A stretch of 64,000 nt of DNA from an uncultured delta proteobacterium (GTDB taxonomy: Bacteria > Myxococcota_A > Polyangia > Polyangiales > Polyangiaceae): positions 224,001-288,000 of the forward strand of contig CAVOKF010000004.1 in assembly GCA_963696385.1 (NCBI GenBank), written 5' to 3'. Made by a program: the position numbers and the translations under genes. Shown here piece by piece: positions 39,966 through 53,599 of this stretch. How positions within the stretch are numbered: position 1 is the stretch's first letter; each line of letters begins with the position of its first letter. Under the pieces are notes generated by a model, which saw nothing but the letters and a program-made list of their open reading frames with translations, was not told the origin of the DNA and searched no databases.

Positions 39966-41111
39966 ATGGAACTCACGGTACCCAAAAAGGATCTGCTCAA
40001 GCTCGTGTCGCGCATGCAGGGCGTCGCGGAGCGCAAGAGCACCATGCCCGTGCTGTCCAACGTGTTGCTGGCGGTCGAGGGCCCAAGCTCGCTGCGCGTG
40101 GCCGCAACGGACCTGTACCTGGCTCTCGTCGGGCGAATCAGCGTCGACGTGAGCAAGGGGGGAAGTGTGGCGATCCCGGCCAAGGATCTTCTCGAACGCA
40201 TTCGGATGATGCCGGAAGGCCCCATTCATCTGGCATCCCAGGACAACGCGACGACGACGATCAAGGCGGCCGGCAGTGCGCGGCGTTACACGCTGCATGG
40301 AATGCCGGGAGAGGATTTTCCTCCGCTGCCTGCGCCCGCGGAGGGTTCGCCGTCGCTCGCCTTGGACGTGGAAGTTCTCGATGAACTGATCGCGAAGACG
40401 TATTTCTCGATTTCAGGCGACGAGACTCGCGCCCACCTGAACTCAGCTCTATTCGAATGGGACGGAGACGTCGTTCGGATGGTCACTACGGACGGGCACC
40501 GGCTTTCCAAAATGGAAGTTCGGGTCACCGGCAGGCAGGCCTCGGCGACGATGCTCATCCCGCTCAAGGCGATCCAAGAGCTCCGCAGATTGTGCGACGA
40601 CTTCGTGGGTGAGGCGAAGGAAGGCAAAGAGGGAGCGACGAAGCCTCAACTTCAGATCACCCAAAGTGGATCGAGCGCGTACTTTCAGGGCGGAGGGATG
40701 ACGTTCGCCGTTCGGTTGGTCGATGCTCAATTCCCGCCCTACGGCCAGGTCATCCCGCAGCAAAGCGAGAAGATCGTGCGTGTGCCTCGGGCCGCCTTTG
40801 CGGACGCGCTTCGCGCGGTATCCGTCGCGGCCAACGAGAGGACCGGCGGAGTCAAACTCGGCTTCGGTTCCGGTACGATGCGCATCACGACGGAGTCTCC
40901 AGACAGTGGCGAAGGGTTCGATGAAATTCCGATCGATTACTCCGGCGCGAACCTGACCATCGGATTCAACGCAAAGTACTTTCTGGACGTTCTCGGTGCG
41001 CTCGACGACGAAGATGTCGAACTCGGCTTTGGGGGGGAGCTCGACCCTGCAGTGATCCGGCCAGCGAGCGCGCTTTCCTTCTTGGCTGTCGTCATGCCCA
41101 TGCGCATTTGA
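39966..41111 (+). CDS. dnaN: DNA polymerase III beta clamp
   Basis: MPVLSNVLL, ATDL, TTDGHRL, FPPY, IGFNAKY and VVMPMRI. Confidence 0.97.
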   Translation: MELTVPKKDLLKLVSRMQGVAERKSTMPVLSNVLLAVEGPSSLRVAATDLYLALVGRISVDVSKGGSVAIPAKDLLERIRMMPEGPIHLASQDNATTTIKAAGSARRYTLHGMPGEDFPPLPAPAEGSPSLALDVEVLDELIAKTYFSISGDETRAHLNSALFEWDGDVVRMVTTDGHRLSKMEVRVTGRQASATMLIPLKAIQELRRLCDDFVGEAKEGKEGATKPQLQITQSGSSAYFQGGGMTFAVRLVDAQFPPYGQVIPQQSEKIVRVPRAAFADALRAVSVAANERTGGVKLGFGSGTMRITTESPDSGEGFDEIPIDYSGANLTIGFNAKYFLDVLGALDDEDVELGFGGELDPAVIRPASALSFLAVVMPMRI

Positions 41112-41117
41112 GACGCG

Positions 41118-42218
41118 ATGCGGTCTCTGGCCGTTCGGTCTCTCGGCGTGCGCGGATTTCGAAACCTAACGAGCGTCGACATCGAACTCGGCGCCCGCTT
41201 CAACGTGGTGTCCGGGGAAAACGGGCAGGGCAAGACGAATCTGCTGGAATCGGTGTACGTGGTTGCGACGTCGAGAAGCTATCGGACGTCGAGGTTGGCG
41301 GATCTCATCTCGTTGGGTGGCGAAATTGCCAGCTTGCGCGCCCGCATCGATGAAGATCGTGAGCTACGCGATCAGACCGTCGGTCTGCGTGCCGGCGTGC
41401 GAGCCGTTCGCATCGACGGGCGGCGCCCCCCTACGCTCGCGGCTTATGCCGTTAGGACGCCAACGGTCGTGTTTCATCCAGGTGCCGTCGCGCTGGTGGC
41501 AGGGACGGGCGGAGAGCGACGCAAGCTGCTCGATCGTGTCGCGCTGTATCTTTTTCCCGGGTCGATGGGGGATTCCGTAGCGTATGCGGAGGCGCTCCGT
41601 GCTCGGCAGCGTGTTCTCGAAGCTCGGGGCGAGTCGGCGCCGGATCTCGACGGGTGGGAAGATCTCCTGGTCCGACATGGATTCGCGTTGATGGCGGCAC
41701 GGTCGATCGCGGCCGACAGACTTCTGCCGGCCGCGCTCGCGGCATTCTCCCGAATGGGTGCCCCGGGGCTGCGATTGGCGGCACGGTACGCGTGCTCGTG
41801 TCCGGATACGCCGGAGCACTATCGCGAGTCGCTGTTGCGCCAGCGCTCCCGCGACCGCGCCCGCGGATCCGCCTCGACCGGTCCGCATCGAGACGATCTG
41901 GCCTTGACGCTCGGCGACCACCCGGTGCGCAGCATGGCGTCTCAGGGGCAGCAGCGCGCCGTCGTGCTGGCTCTTCAGCTGGGCGAGATCTCGGTGATCT
42001 CGTCGGTCACGGGGATGCGCCCCATCTTGCTCATGGACGACGTTTCCAGCGAACTCGATCGCCGGACAACGGTTCGTTTGTTCGACACCCTTCGCGAAGA
42101 ACCAGGGCAGATTGTCCTCACGACGACGCGTCCCGAGGTCATCGATGCCGCGGGACTGCTGGCCGGAGAGGCCCGCGTCGATTTCGTCGTCGTGGAAGGA
42201 CACATCGCCCGACGGTAG
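41118..42218 (+). CDS. recF: DNA replication/repair protein RecF
   Basis: FRN, GENGQGKTNLLES, GPHRDDL, SQGQQR and DDVSSELD. Confidence 0.96.
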   Translation: MRSLAVRSLGVRGFRNLTSVDIELGARFNVVSGENGQGKTNLLESVYVVATSRSYRTSRLADLISLGGEIASLRARIDEDRELRDQTVGLRAGVRAVRIDGRRPPTLAAYAVRTPTVVFHPGAVALVAGTGGERRKLLDRVALYLFPGSMGDSVAYAEALRARQRVLEARGESAPDLDGWEDLLVRHGFALMAARSIAADRLLPAALAAFSRMGAPGLRLAARYACSCPDTPEHYRESLLRQRSRDRARGSASTGPHRDDLALTLGDHPVRSMASQGQQRAVVLALQLGEISVISSVTGMRPILLMDDVSSELDRRTTVRLFDTLREEPGQIVLTTTRPEVIDAAGLLAGEARVDFVVVEGHIARR

Positions 42219-42341
42219 CGAATAGGTGGGAAGGCTCGCGCGGGCGACCCACCGATCCGGGCTTGGGGCTTGGCTCTAGGCGCCGGGGCGCCGGAACCGG
42301 CTGCCGAAACGGATGGGATAGCGTACCCGCTAGGTTTGTTG

Positions 42342-42410
42342 TAAGTTACTGAAATATATAAGAAATTAGCTTATGTTTTGGTTGCACAAAGGGAGTCTGC
42401 GACGTATACT
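42342..42410 (+). promoter_or_regulatory. gyrB sigma70 promoter with upstream AT-rich IHF-like site
   Basis: TTGCAC (42382) N17 TATACT (42405). TAAGTTACTGAAA at 42342 resembles WATCAANNNNTTR on the reverse strand (2 mismatches). Confidence 0.65.
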
Positions 42411-42558
42411 GCCTGACGTCCGGGCCGCGCCGGGCGGTGCACTCCGACACTTGGCCGAAATCGACGAGATCTTCGGTTCACGGCGCGGCATAGCTGCCTG
42501 AATTATGCCTGGGCACCTCGCGCGACCGGCGCGCTGTGCTCCTAAGGACGCGACGTAA

Positions 42559-45042
<2,484 letters not shown>

Positions 45043-45311
45043 CGGCCCCGTTGCGGCCGCGGCCGTCGCAGGGCATGCGCGGGCGAAGTGCACGATCGGC
45101 CCGGAACGAAAGCGGGGCGACCGCGGCGACGGAGGCCGCTGCCATTTCGCAGGCGAGCTTTGCGCGGCGCAGCTCTTGCAAAGCACGAACGGCGATTTAG
45201 CTTCGTGGTGGTAAGGGCGGTCCGAGAGCCCGCGTGCGGCGCGCAAGCCGCGAGAGCTTGCGGCAACGAGTGCGCGGGAAGACAGTGGGCGGCGCCCCGG
45301 GAGGAATCGCG

Positions 45312-47927
45312 ATGCGTCCTGAACGGATGACGACGAAGAGCCGAGAGGCGTTTCAAGGTGGGATCGATCGGGCTTCGCGCTTCGGCAATCCGGAGTTGCA
45401 ACCGGAGCACTGGTTGGCCGCGATGCTGGACCAGGACGGAGGGGTGGCGGCCCCTCTGCTTCAAAAGGCGGGTGTCGACGTCCCGGCGCTGCGCGACTCG
45501 ATCAGCAAGCGAATCGAGGGCTTCCCGCGCGTAAGCGGGGGTGCACAGCCTGCGCTTTCGCGTCGATCGCTCGAACTCGTTCGGCGCGCGGACGACGAGG
45601 CAAAAAAGCTCAAAGACGAGTACGTGTCGGTGGAGCATTACGTGCTCGCCGCGGCACAACACGATCGCGACACGATGAGCCTCTTCGAGCAACACGGGGG
45701 GGTCAACTACGAGAAGCTGCTCGCCGCACTCGCCACTGTACGCGGCGCCCAGCGCATCACCGACCCCGATCCCGAACAGAAGTTCCAGGCGCTCGAGAAG
45801 TACTGCCGGGACCTGACCGAGGCTGCGAGGGCCGGTAAGACCGATCCCGTGATCGGGCGCGACGAGGAGATCCGGCGCGTCATGCAGGTTCTCTCGCGAC
45901 GAACGAAGAACAATCCCGTGCTGATCGGTGAGCCGGGTGTCGGCAAGACGGCCATTGTCGAAGGGATTGCCCAACGAATCGTTCGGGGTGACGTTCCCGA
46001 GTCGATCAAGGACAAACGACTGTGCGCGCTCGACATGGGGGCGCTCGTCGCTGGGTCGAAGTATCGCGGCGAGTTCGAGGACCGCCTCAAGGCTGTGCTC
46101 AAGGAGATCGAGGCCTCGCACGGCAAAATCATCCTATTCATCGACGAGCTTCATACGATCGTCGGCGCTGGCGCGGCCGAAGGGGCCATGGACGCCGCGA
46201 ATCTGCTGAAACCGGCACTCGCCCGCGGCGAGCTACGCTGCATCGGCGCGACGACGCTCGACGAGTATCGCAAGCGGATCGAGAAGGACGCCGCCTTGGA
46301 GCGGCGGTTTCAGCCTGTCTTCGTCTCGCAGCCGACTGTCGCAGACACGATTGCGATCCTGCGCGGGCTCAAGGAGCGCTATGAGGTGCACCACGGCATT
46401 CGAATTCAGGACGCCGCGCTGGTCGCAGCCGCCACCCTGAGCGACCGCTACGTGCCGGACCGATTCCTGCCGGACAAGGCCATCGACTTGGTCGATGAGG
46501 CCGCCGCGAAAATCAAAATGGAAGTCGACAGCATGCCGGCCGAGATCGACGCGTTGCAGCGCCGGCTGATGCAGCTCCAGATCGAGCAGCAGGCGCTCAA
46601 AAAGGAGCGCGATCCGGCGAGCAAGGTTCGGGTCGAGGAAGTGGCGCGGCAAATCGCGGAGATCGAGGAGAGTGCGCGCGGGATGCGTGCCCAGTGGCTC
46701 CGCGAGAAAGAGATCATCGATCAAATTCGCAAGGCGCAACCGGAGGTCGAGCGGCTGCGCCATGAAGCCGAGCAGGCGCAACGGCGCGGCGATCTCGGCC
46801 GCGCCGCCGAGATTAGTTACGGCAAGATCCCGGAACTCGAGAAAAGGATCGACGAGTCCCGAAAGGCACTCGCAAAAGTCCAGGACAAGACGAGCTACCT
46901 GCGCGAAGAAGTGACCGAGCAGGACGTCGCCGGAGTCGTGTCGAAGTGGACCGGGATTCCGATCACGAAAATGATGCAAGGCGAGATGCACAAGCTTCTC
47001 CACATGGAAGAGGACTTGAAGCGGCGCGTCGTCGGGCAGGACGCGGCGGTCGAAATCGTGGCGAACGCCGTGAGACGATCGAGGGCGGGTCTCGGGGACC
47101 CCCATCGACCCATCGGCAGCTTTCTGTTTCTGGGCCCGACGGGCGTCGGCAAGACCGAGCTCGCGCGCGCTCTCGCCGAATTTCTGTTCGACGACGAGCG
47201 AGCGATGATTCGGTTGGACATGAGCGAGTACATGGAGAAGCACGCGGTCGCGCGGCTCATCGGTGCGCCCCCGGGCTACGTCGGCTACGAGGAGGGCGGG
47301 CAGTTGACCGAGCCGGTGCGCCGACGCCCCTACTCGGTCGTGCTGTTCGACGAAGTGGAAAAGGCCCACGGTGACGTGTGGAACGCGTTGCTGCAAGTGC
47401 TCGACGACGGGCGGCTGACCGACGGTCAAGGTCGAACGGTGGACTTCAAGAACACCGTCATCATTTTGACGAGCAACATTGGGTCGGCGCAGATCCGAGC
47501 GATCGACGAGCGGCCGGGGCTGACTGTCGCGAATCGGCGCGATCTCGTCGTACAAGCTGTTCTGGACGAGGTTCGCAAGGTGTTCCGCCCCGAGTTTCTC
47601 AATCGCTTGGACGAGGCCGTCGTCTTCAATCAGCTCGATCCGTCGCAAATCCGCTACATCGTGGACATTCAGCTGAGTCGGTTCGAAGCGCGGCTCGCGC
47701 GCCGCGATTTGTCCCTGGAGGTCACGGACCGAGCCAAGGACTACCTGGCTCGCGAGGGATGGGATCCGCAATATGGCGCGCGACCCCTGAAGCGAGCGAT
47801 CCAGCACGCACTGGAAGACCCCATGGCGCGCAAGGTTCTGGGCGGCGAGTTTCCGCCGGGGACACGCGTCATCGTAGACGTCGGCGCCAGCGGCGATTTG
47901 TCTTTCACGGCGCGAATGCAAAACTGA
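45312..47927 (+). CDS. clpB: ATP-dependent chaperone ClpB
   Basis: Two AAA modules ([16 protein letters not shown]), coiled-coil M domain and GARPLKR. Confidence 0.97.
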   Translation: MRPERMTTKSREAFQGGIDRASRFGNPELQPEHWLAAMLDQDGGVAAPLLQKAGVDVPALRDSISKRIEGFPRVSGGAQPALSRRSLELVRRADDEAKKLKDEYVSVEHYVLAAAQHDRDTMSLFEQHGGVNYEKLLAALATVRGAQRITDPDPEQKFQALEKYCRDLTEAARAGKTDPVIGRDEEIRRVMQVLSRRTKNNPVLIGEPGVGKTAIVEGIAQRIVRGDVPESIKDKRLCALDMGALVAGSKYRGEFEDRLKAVLKEIEASHGKIILFIDELHTIVGAGAAEGAMDAANLLKPALARGELRCIGATTLDEYRKRIEKDAALERRFQPVFVSQPTVADTIAILRGLKERYEVHHGIRIQDAALVAAATLSDRYVPDRFLPDKAIDLVDEAAAKIKMEVDSMPAEIDALQRRLMQLQIEQQALKKERDPASKVRVEEVARQIAEIEESARGMRAQWLREKEIIDQIRKAQPEVERLRHEAEQAQRRGDLGRAAEISYGKIPELEKRIDESRKALAKVQDKTSYLREEVTEQDVAGVVSKWTGIPITKMMQGEMHKLLHMEEDLKRRVVGQDAAVEIVANAVRRSRAGLGDPHRPIGSFLFLGPTGVGKTELARALAEFLFDDERAMIRLDMSEYMEKHAVARLIGAPPGYVGYEEGGQLTEPVRRRPYSVVLFDEVEKAHGDVWNALLQVLDDGRLTDGQGRTVDFKNTVIILTSNIGSAQIRAIDERPGLTVANRRDLVVQAVLDEVRKVFRPEFLNRLDEAVVFNQLDPSQIRYIVDIQLSRFEARLARRDLSLEVTDRAKDYLAREGWDPQYGARPLKRAIQHALEDPMARKVLGGEFPPGTRVIVDVGASGDLSFTARMQN

Positions 47928-47996
47928 TCGAGCTCGACCGAGGACGAGCTTCGGGATGGCGGGCTGGTGGGCGGTGGCCGACGGCGCCACGGCATC

Positions 47997-48025
47997 CGCC
48001 CAGTGGCCGGTAGGGCCACTGGGCG
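47997..48025. terminator. 12-bp GC hairpin after clpB
   Basis: CGCCCAGTGGCC-GGTAG-GGCCACTGGGCG; no U-tract. Confidence 0.4.
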
Positions 48026-48295
48026 CTGGCGCGACTCGGCCGGCAGGGACGTCGCATGGCCAAATTGTGCCACCGTCTTGCCGACGGGGCCGTGGTGTCC
48101 CGCTGCGTCCGGCGGTCGACACTCTGGCGGGGTTTGGACAGGGCCGGGGACGCCCCGGAAAACTCAGCAGTTCCCGGATGTTTTGCGGTGTCCTCGGGGA
48201 AGGCTGCGCCCGTCGACGGCCGTCCGGGAACAATTCGCACGCCACACCCGTCGAGAAATGGCGGGTTTGCTGCCGCGTCGCGCGGCCCCGACGGC

Positions 48296-48311
48296 TGGCA
48301 TGAATCTAGCA
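48296..48311 (+). promoter_or_regulatory. Sigma54 (-24/-12) promoter
   Basis: TGGCATGAATCTAGCA has GG-N10-GC spacing. Confidence 0.55.
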
Positions 48312-48329
48312 TATAGTAGCGGCGTTCCC

Positions 48330-48806
48330 ATGATAAGGGCCAAGAGACTGTCCACCCGAAGTGTTCGCTCCGCGGCCGCGGGATCGTGGATCGCATTGGT
48401 TGCGGCGACGACGCTCGGCGACGCTGCCGACGCGGTCCGCGCGAAGGTGCGGGCGGACGGCCTGTCGGCGGGTCGCGTGTATCGTCTGGTCGTGCAGTCG
48501 TACGACCGGCAGGCCGGAGAGAATCCTCGAAAATACGCACGGCCGATCGGAAGCGTGCAGCGCTCCGTGACGGCCGATGAGTTGCGCGATGGCGTGCATG
48601 TCAGCTTGGTCGAGTTTCGACAAAAGATCGCGGACGGCGCTGCGGGTGATCCGCTGATTCTGGCCTGGATCGACGTCGGCGAGCCGGATCTCGAGTTCGA
48701 CGGGCGCATGGCACGTCCGCGGGCCGGAAGCGTTTACGGTGTCGTAAAGCGGTCGGCGGGACACGATGTCGTCCAGATCAGCCTCAACCGAAAAGTGGCT
48801 ACATAG
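48330..48806 (+). CDS. Hypothetical protein
   Basis: Protein-like ORF (YRLVVQSY, LEFDG..ARP) ending 6 nt before trxC; start uncertain. Confidence 0.6.
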   Translation: MIRAKRLSTRSVRSAAAGSWIALVAATTLGDAADAVRAKVRADGLSAGRVYRLVVQSYDRQAGENPRKYARPIGSVQRSVTADELRDGVHVSLVEFRQKIADGAAGDPLILAWIDVGEPDLEFDGRMARPRAGSVYGVVKRSAGHDVVQISLNRKVAT

Positions 48807-48812
48807 CTTCCG

Positions 48813-49235
48813 ATGATCATCGCATGCTCGTCGTGCGGCAGGCCGAACCGACTGCCTGCCACTCGCCTGCTGGATAGGGCGGTCTGCGCCGCGTGCAAGG
48901 CTTCGCTCCTTCCCCGGACACAGCCGACTTCGGTCGCCAGCGCGCAGGACTTCGATGAACTCATCCGTGATGCGCCGGCGCCCGTCCTCGTCGACTTCTG
49001 GGCGGCCTGGTGCGGGCCGTGCCGTACCGTGGCGCCCGAGATCGAAAAGGTGGCGCTGCAGCGCGCGGGCGAGATCATCGTGGCCAAGGTCGATACCGAG
49101 TCTTTGCCCGACGTGGCGTCGCGCTTCGGGATCCGGAGCATTCCGACGATGATCGTGTTCCGTGGCGGGAAGGAGGCGCAACGCCTGAGTGGCGCCATGC
49201 CCGCGAGCGCGATCCTGGCGGAATTGTCGCTCTGA
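48813..49235 (+). CDS. trxC: Thioredoxin 2 (Zn-finger type)
   Basis: CSSC..NR..CAAC, VDFWAAWCGPC and IRSIPT. Confidence 0.9.
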   Translation: MIIACSSCGRPNRLPATRLLDRAVCAACKASLLPRTQPTSVASAQDFDELIRDAPAPVLVDFWAAWCGPCRTVAPEIEKVALQRAGEIIVAKVDTESLPDVASRFGIRSIPTMIVFRGGKEAQRLSGAMPASAILAELSL

Positions 49236-49293
49236 GAGACGTCGTGGGGCGACGGGGGGCCGACCGAAAAACCGGGGCGCAGGCCAGGATCGC

Positions 49294-51483
49294 CTACGCG
49301 GCGTGGGAGCCGGTGCGCCGAAGGCTTCGAATGTCGCGGATGCGTCGTTCGAAGGCGCGGCGGTCGTGCTCGGTCAACACGACCCCCCCGAATCGGGCTT
49401 CGAGATAGACGCGTGTGAGCGACGCGATTTCGTCGCCGAGCGGATGGTGCCGCATACGGAGCTCTTCGGCATGCCGGAGCGGGGGCACCGAAGGAGATCG
49501 GGTGATCCCATGGAGATTGAGCGCAGACTCGAGGGCGCGAAACAAGGCCACCACGGATTGGGCGCGTGCGTCGGTCGGCCCGACCATCGGTGGCTTTTCG
49601 TTCGAGCGTTCGGACCGCTGTCGAGTCCTCTTCCAGATGGCGTACCCGGCCACGAGGAGGGCCAGCACGAGCGCGGCCATCATGGGGCCACGCGTCAGGC
49701 GGTCGAGAAGGCCTTTGTCCATGCCGGCCCGGGCGCGCAGCCGCTCGTAGCGGCGGGTGAAGTCCTCGATAAGCCGCACTTGCTTGTGCAAGTCGTAGCC
49801 CACGACGTACGTGTTCCAGCGCTGCGACATCGCTTCGACGAAATCGCGAACGTAATAGTACGCGCCGTCGGGGGGCTCGAGCGGCTGGGCGCCCGCCGCG
49901 GGAGTGGGGTCGAACGTGCGCCAGGTCGGACGGATCGGATCGTCCGAATACGCCTCGACCCAAGAATGGGCATCGCCTTCGCGCACCGCATAATACCGGC
50001 CAAAACGGTTCCACGTCCCGCCGACGAATCCGGTGACGTTCCGAGAGGGAATGCCGATGGATCGAAGCATGACGGCCATGGCGGTCGAAAAGAACTCGCA
50101 GTGTCCGCGTCGTGACTCGAACAGAAAATGGTCGATCGGCTGCGGCTTTCCCGAAGACGGGGAATGCAGATCGTAAGCGAATTCGCGCCGCAGGTGCTGT
50201 TCGATGACCATGGCCTTCGCATCGTTGGTCGCGAGACCGTCGGTCCAGCGATGCGCGAGCTCGGCGACTCGGGCGGGCAGATCGGGTGGCAGTTGCAGGT
50301 ATCGCGGCAATTCCGATGGCGACAGGCGCTCGACAATCGTCTCGTCGTCGGATGCGAGGTACACGTCGTAGCGTAGGCCGCGCTGGTCGGCGCCCGCGTA
50401 CCGGAGTTCGCCTTCGGATCCTCGCTGGATCGTGAGGGAGTCTCCGAGCGCAAACGCGGTGGGGGCGCGGAGGCGCAGCGCGACCGCGCGCGGGGGCAGA
50501 AAGATGACGGGAGGATCGATGGGCTCCAAGTCGAACGAGACGACTCGATCGCGCGCCACGGCCGGGGCACGCGGAATCGGCACCCAGTCGCCGGAGTCGA
50601 GCGCACGGTCGCCTGTGCGCGTCGCGTCGCGTTGAGTCCTAGCCCAGGCATGCCCGTCGTAGCCGTCGAATGCCGTGCCACGCAGCCGGAGGGTCAATCG
50701 GGTCGGGGGCGGATCGGGTAGGTCCGCGACTTCGAAGCGCAGTGCGATGGTGGGGTCGTCGCGCAGGACGCCGACGTCTCCGAGGTCGACGTGCTCGGAA
50801 AATCCAATCATTCGTCCCGAATGCGAGTGGCTCAAAAGAAGCAAAGACAGTCCGATGCGCGGAAACAAGAGAAATAGAGTCGTCGTAAAGACAAGAATGG
50901 GAACGGAAAGCAGGCAAGTCGCGACCAAGAATCCGCGTCCGACGACGCGCCGGCTACGCAGGATGCGCGGCACGTCGACCGGTAGCCCGGTTCGGTCCCG
51001 CGCGCCCTGACGGTAGTTGCCCTCGACCTCCCGACGGAGATGGCTCAACACGAGGGCGCCGGGAGCGACTACGAGAAATCCGAGAAAACAGAGTCCGTAG
51101 GTGAGACCTCCGCCCAGAACGGTCCCGGCGACGAAGTGAAGCATCGCAAGCACGATGATCTGCTGGTCGTGGGCGGCACCCCGGCGGGTCGCGACGCGCA
51201 CGATCTGCAGCAGCGCAGCAAATTCGACAGCCACGTCGAGCGGGGAGCGCCCGACAGCCAATCGCGCTCCCTCCACCAAAAGAAGGGCCACCGGAGCGAG
51301 GGTCGCGAAGTGGCGGAGCGCGGGGCGTCCTTGCCAGCGCTCCGGGATCGCGATGGCGATCGCGAGGCCCGCGACGAGGGTGAGATTCGTCCAGCCACTG
51401 AGCGACGCCGTGCTCACCACGGCCAATACGCCGAGGGCCGCGAGCGCGTCGGTGAGGATGCGGTGCACGAGTCCAAACCTCAT
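49294..51483 (-). CDS. TgpA-like membrane transglutaminase (DUF3488 + TGase + DUF4129)
   Basis: TM N-terminus, LRGTAFD.YDG..W, GHCEFFST, RNVTGF, AHSWVE and FDPTP. Confidence 0.9.
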   Translation of the reverse strand: MRFGLVHRILTDALAALGVLAVVSTASLSGWTNLTLVAGLAIAIAIPERWQGRPALRHFATLAPVALLLVEGARLAVGRSPLDVAVEFAALLQIVRVATRRGAAHDQQIIVLAMLHFVAGTVLGGGLTYGLCFLGFLVVAPGALVLSHLRREVEGNYRQGARDRTGLPVDVPRILRSRRVVGRGFLVATCLLSVPILVFTTTLFLLFPRIGLSLLLLSHSHSGRMIGFSEHVDLGDVGVLRDDPTIALRFEVADLPDPPPTRLTLRLRGTAFDGYDGHAWARTQRDATRTGDRALDSGDWVPIPRAPAVARDRVVSFDLEPIDPPVIFLPPRAVALRLRAPTAFALGDSLTIQRGSEGELRYAGADQRGLRYDVYLASDDETIVERLSPSELPRYLQLPPDLPARVAELAHRWTDGLATNDAKAMVIEQHLRREFAYDLHSPSSGKPQPIDHFLFESRRGHCEFFSTAMAVMLRSIGIPSRNVTGFVGGTWNRFGRYYAVREGDAHSWVEAYSDDPIRPTWRTFDPTPAAGAQPLEPPDGAYYYVRDFVEAMSQRWNTYVVGYDLHKQVRLIEDFTRRYERLRARAGMDKGLLDRLTRGPMMAALVLALLVAGYAIWKRTRQRSERSNEKPPMVGPTDARAQSVVALFRALESALNLHGITRSPSVPPLRHAEELRMRHHPLGDEIASLTRVYLEARFGGVVLTEHDRRAFERRIRDIRSLRRTGSHAA

Positions 51484-52464
51484 TGGGCGGCCTCCGGCGC
51501 CTGGGATCGCGGGCGGTCGCGCGCCGCGACGGGTTCGATGAGAGCCAGGCACCGAAGTAGGGGGTCGGCTCCGACCATGCAATCCGCGCGTGTGACCCCT
51601 CCGCCGGTCATGAACACGGCGACGCGGTCGCCCCGCTTGATGTGGGCGACGGCTCGCGATGCGATGTCGCGGATGCGTCGTTCGAAAGTGGCGGCCCATT
51701 CGTCGCCCGTACCGGCAGGCTGTACGGTGTCGAGGGTCAGGGTTACGTCGGGCCGGGTCTCGCGTGCGCGTTCGCGCATGACCATTTGCCCGACGGCGGC
51801 GGTTTTTCTCCAATGGACGTCGCGCGGGTCTTCGCCGGGGCGCATCAGTTTCAAACCGAGAAAGTCGTGTCCATGACCCCGGCCGACCACATGGTCCGCC
51901 CCCGCCGTGCGTCCGCCGGAAGGTTGCGCGATCTGGACGGAGTCGACGGCGGGATAGATGACGAGTTCGCCTGCGGCGGGGACTTCGCGGGATTTCTCGA
52001 ACAGCCCGAAGGGAAACCGCGTCGCGATACGAAAGCCTGCATGCACGTCGCGTCCCCGCCGTACAGGGGTCCTGCGGTAGGCGGCCACTTGCGTGGATTT
52101 CAGGGCTGATCTTGAGAAAGAAGCAGCGCTTGTCGGCGGGCTGGCCGGCACGAAGGTCCTCGACCTCAATCGCGTAGGAGGGAATCCGCGCCTTGTGGTT
52201 GAAAACCTCGATCTCCACGAGGTGTGCGCGTCCGACTTGCGCTCGGAGGGGCAGGCGCCGCACGACGGTCAGGTCGCGAAGGGATAGCTCGCTCATGATG
52301 CCGCTCACCACGATGAGCGCGAGCAACATCCCGAGCAGCAGATAAAGAAGGTTGTTTGCTGTGTTGATCGCAGCGAATCCGACCCCCAGTGTAATACCGA
52401 CGAAGAACTTGCCTTCCCGCGTGAATTTCAGCCGACGCGGCGGGCGCATGCGCGCGCGCCACAT
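51480..52464 (-). CDS. DUF58 protein, frameshifted at ~52102
   Basis: AINTANNLLYL in one frame; TRFPFGLF, PGEDPRDVHWRKTA and ERR..ASR in ORF 51480..52169. Removing one T restores KISPKSTQV. Confidence 0.85.
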
Positions 52465-52528
52465 GGCGAGCCATTGCGCGATTGCGCTCGAGGACAAGCC
52501 CTTGTGCCAAGGTCGGTTCCACACGGGA

Positions 52529-53491
52529 TCAAAGTGGGACGGGGATGCGCCCGATGACTTCGCGCAGCGCCCCCTCGGCTTCGTCGCGCGTGGGCACGAA
52601 CCCGTCGGCTTGCGTCGCCAAACGCACCCGATGCGACAAGACGGGGATGGCCAAGTCGTGGATATCGTCCGCGATGCAATAGTGCCGGCCGCGCAGCAGG
52701 GCGCGGCCCCGCGCCGCATGGCCGAGCGCCATGGCCGCGCGCGTGGAGGCTCCCAACGACAGAAGGGGCGAAGTCCGTGTCGCTGTGATGAGCGCGTGCA
52801 GATAGTTGGCGAGAGACGTGTCGATCGTGACGCGCTCGACTTCGCGCTGCAGGGCGACCAGCCGCGCCGGATCGAGCACACACGGCACGTCGCGCGCCGT
52901 ATCGGTGTGTCCGTCCAGTACCAATCGCATCTCGACTTGCGGGGGCGGGTAGCCGATGCGGACTCTCAGCAAGAATCGGTCGAGCTGCGACTCCGGAAGG
53001 GGGAAGGTCCCTGCGAAATCTTGAGGGTTTTGAGTGGCGATGACGAAGAAGGGGTCGGGCAGCGGAATGGTCTGCCCGTCGAGAGAAACTTGCCCTTCGT
53101 TCATGGCCTCGAGGAGCGCTGACTGCGTCCGGGGGCTGGCGCGGTTGATCTCGTCGGCCAGGAGAATGTTGGCGAAGATGGGTCCGTGACGCAGGACGAA
53201 TTCCCCGCTTCGCTGGTCGTAGACGCTGACCCCGAGAACGTCGCTTGGAAGGAGATCGCTTGTAAACTGCACGCGCCGCAGATCGCCTCCGACGGCCTTG
53301 GCCAGTGCCCGCGCGAGCGTCGTTTTGCCGACCCCCGGTACGTCCTCGATGAGCAGGTGACCGCGAGCCAACAGCGCGACGAGGGCGAGCTCGACGGCGT
53401 CGTGCTTTCCTTCGAGAGCCGTCTCGACCGCCTGGCGCAGCGTTTGGAGCGCAGGCAGCTCCTCTGCGATGCGGGCGGCAACGGCCGTCAT
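52529..53491 (-). CDS. MoxR-family AAA+ ATPase
   Basis: EDVPGVGKT, QFTSDLLPSD, DEINRASPRTQSALLE and ATQNP..GTFPLPESQLDRF. Confidence 0.95.
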   Translation of the reverse strand: MTAVAARIAEELPALQTLRQAVETALEGKHDAVELALVALLARGHLLIEDVPGVGKTTLARALAKAVGGDLRRVQFTSDLLPSDVLGVSVYDQRSGEFVLRHGPIFANILLADEINRASPRTQSALLEAMNEGQVSLDGQTIPLPDPFFVIATQNPQDFAGTFPLPESQLDRFLLRVRIGYPPPQVEMRLVLDGHTDTARDVPCVLDPARLVALQREVERVTIDTSLANYLHALITATRTSPLLSLGASTRAAMALGHAARGRALLRGRHYCIADDIHDLAIPVLSHRVRLATQADGFVPTRDEAEGALREVIGRIPVPL

Positions 53492-53599
53492 GGTTTGCAG
53501 ACTAGCACGCCGGGGCCATAGGGTGCGCGGCAGCGCTTGGGGCGCAAGAGGCTGTTGCCGCCGCGCGTGCCCGTGCCGTACGCAGTGCTACGGGTACGC

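Noticed and set aside
49294..52881. Apparent DUF58-TgpA fusion (1195-aa ORF)
   Set aside because: Caused by the indel at ~52102; MoxR-DUF58-transglutaminase is a well-known three-gene operon.
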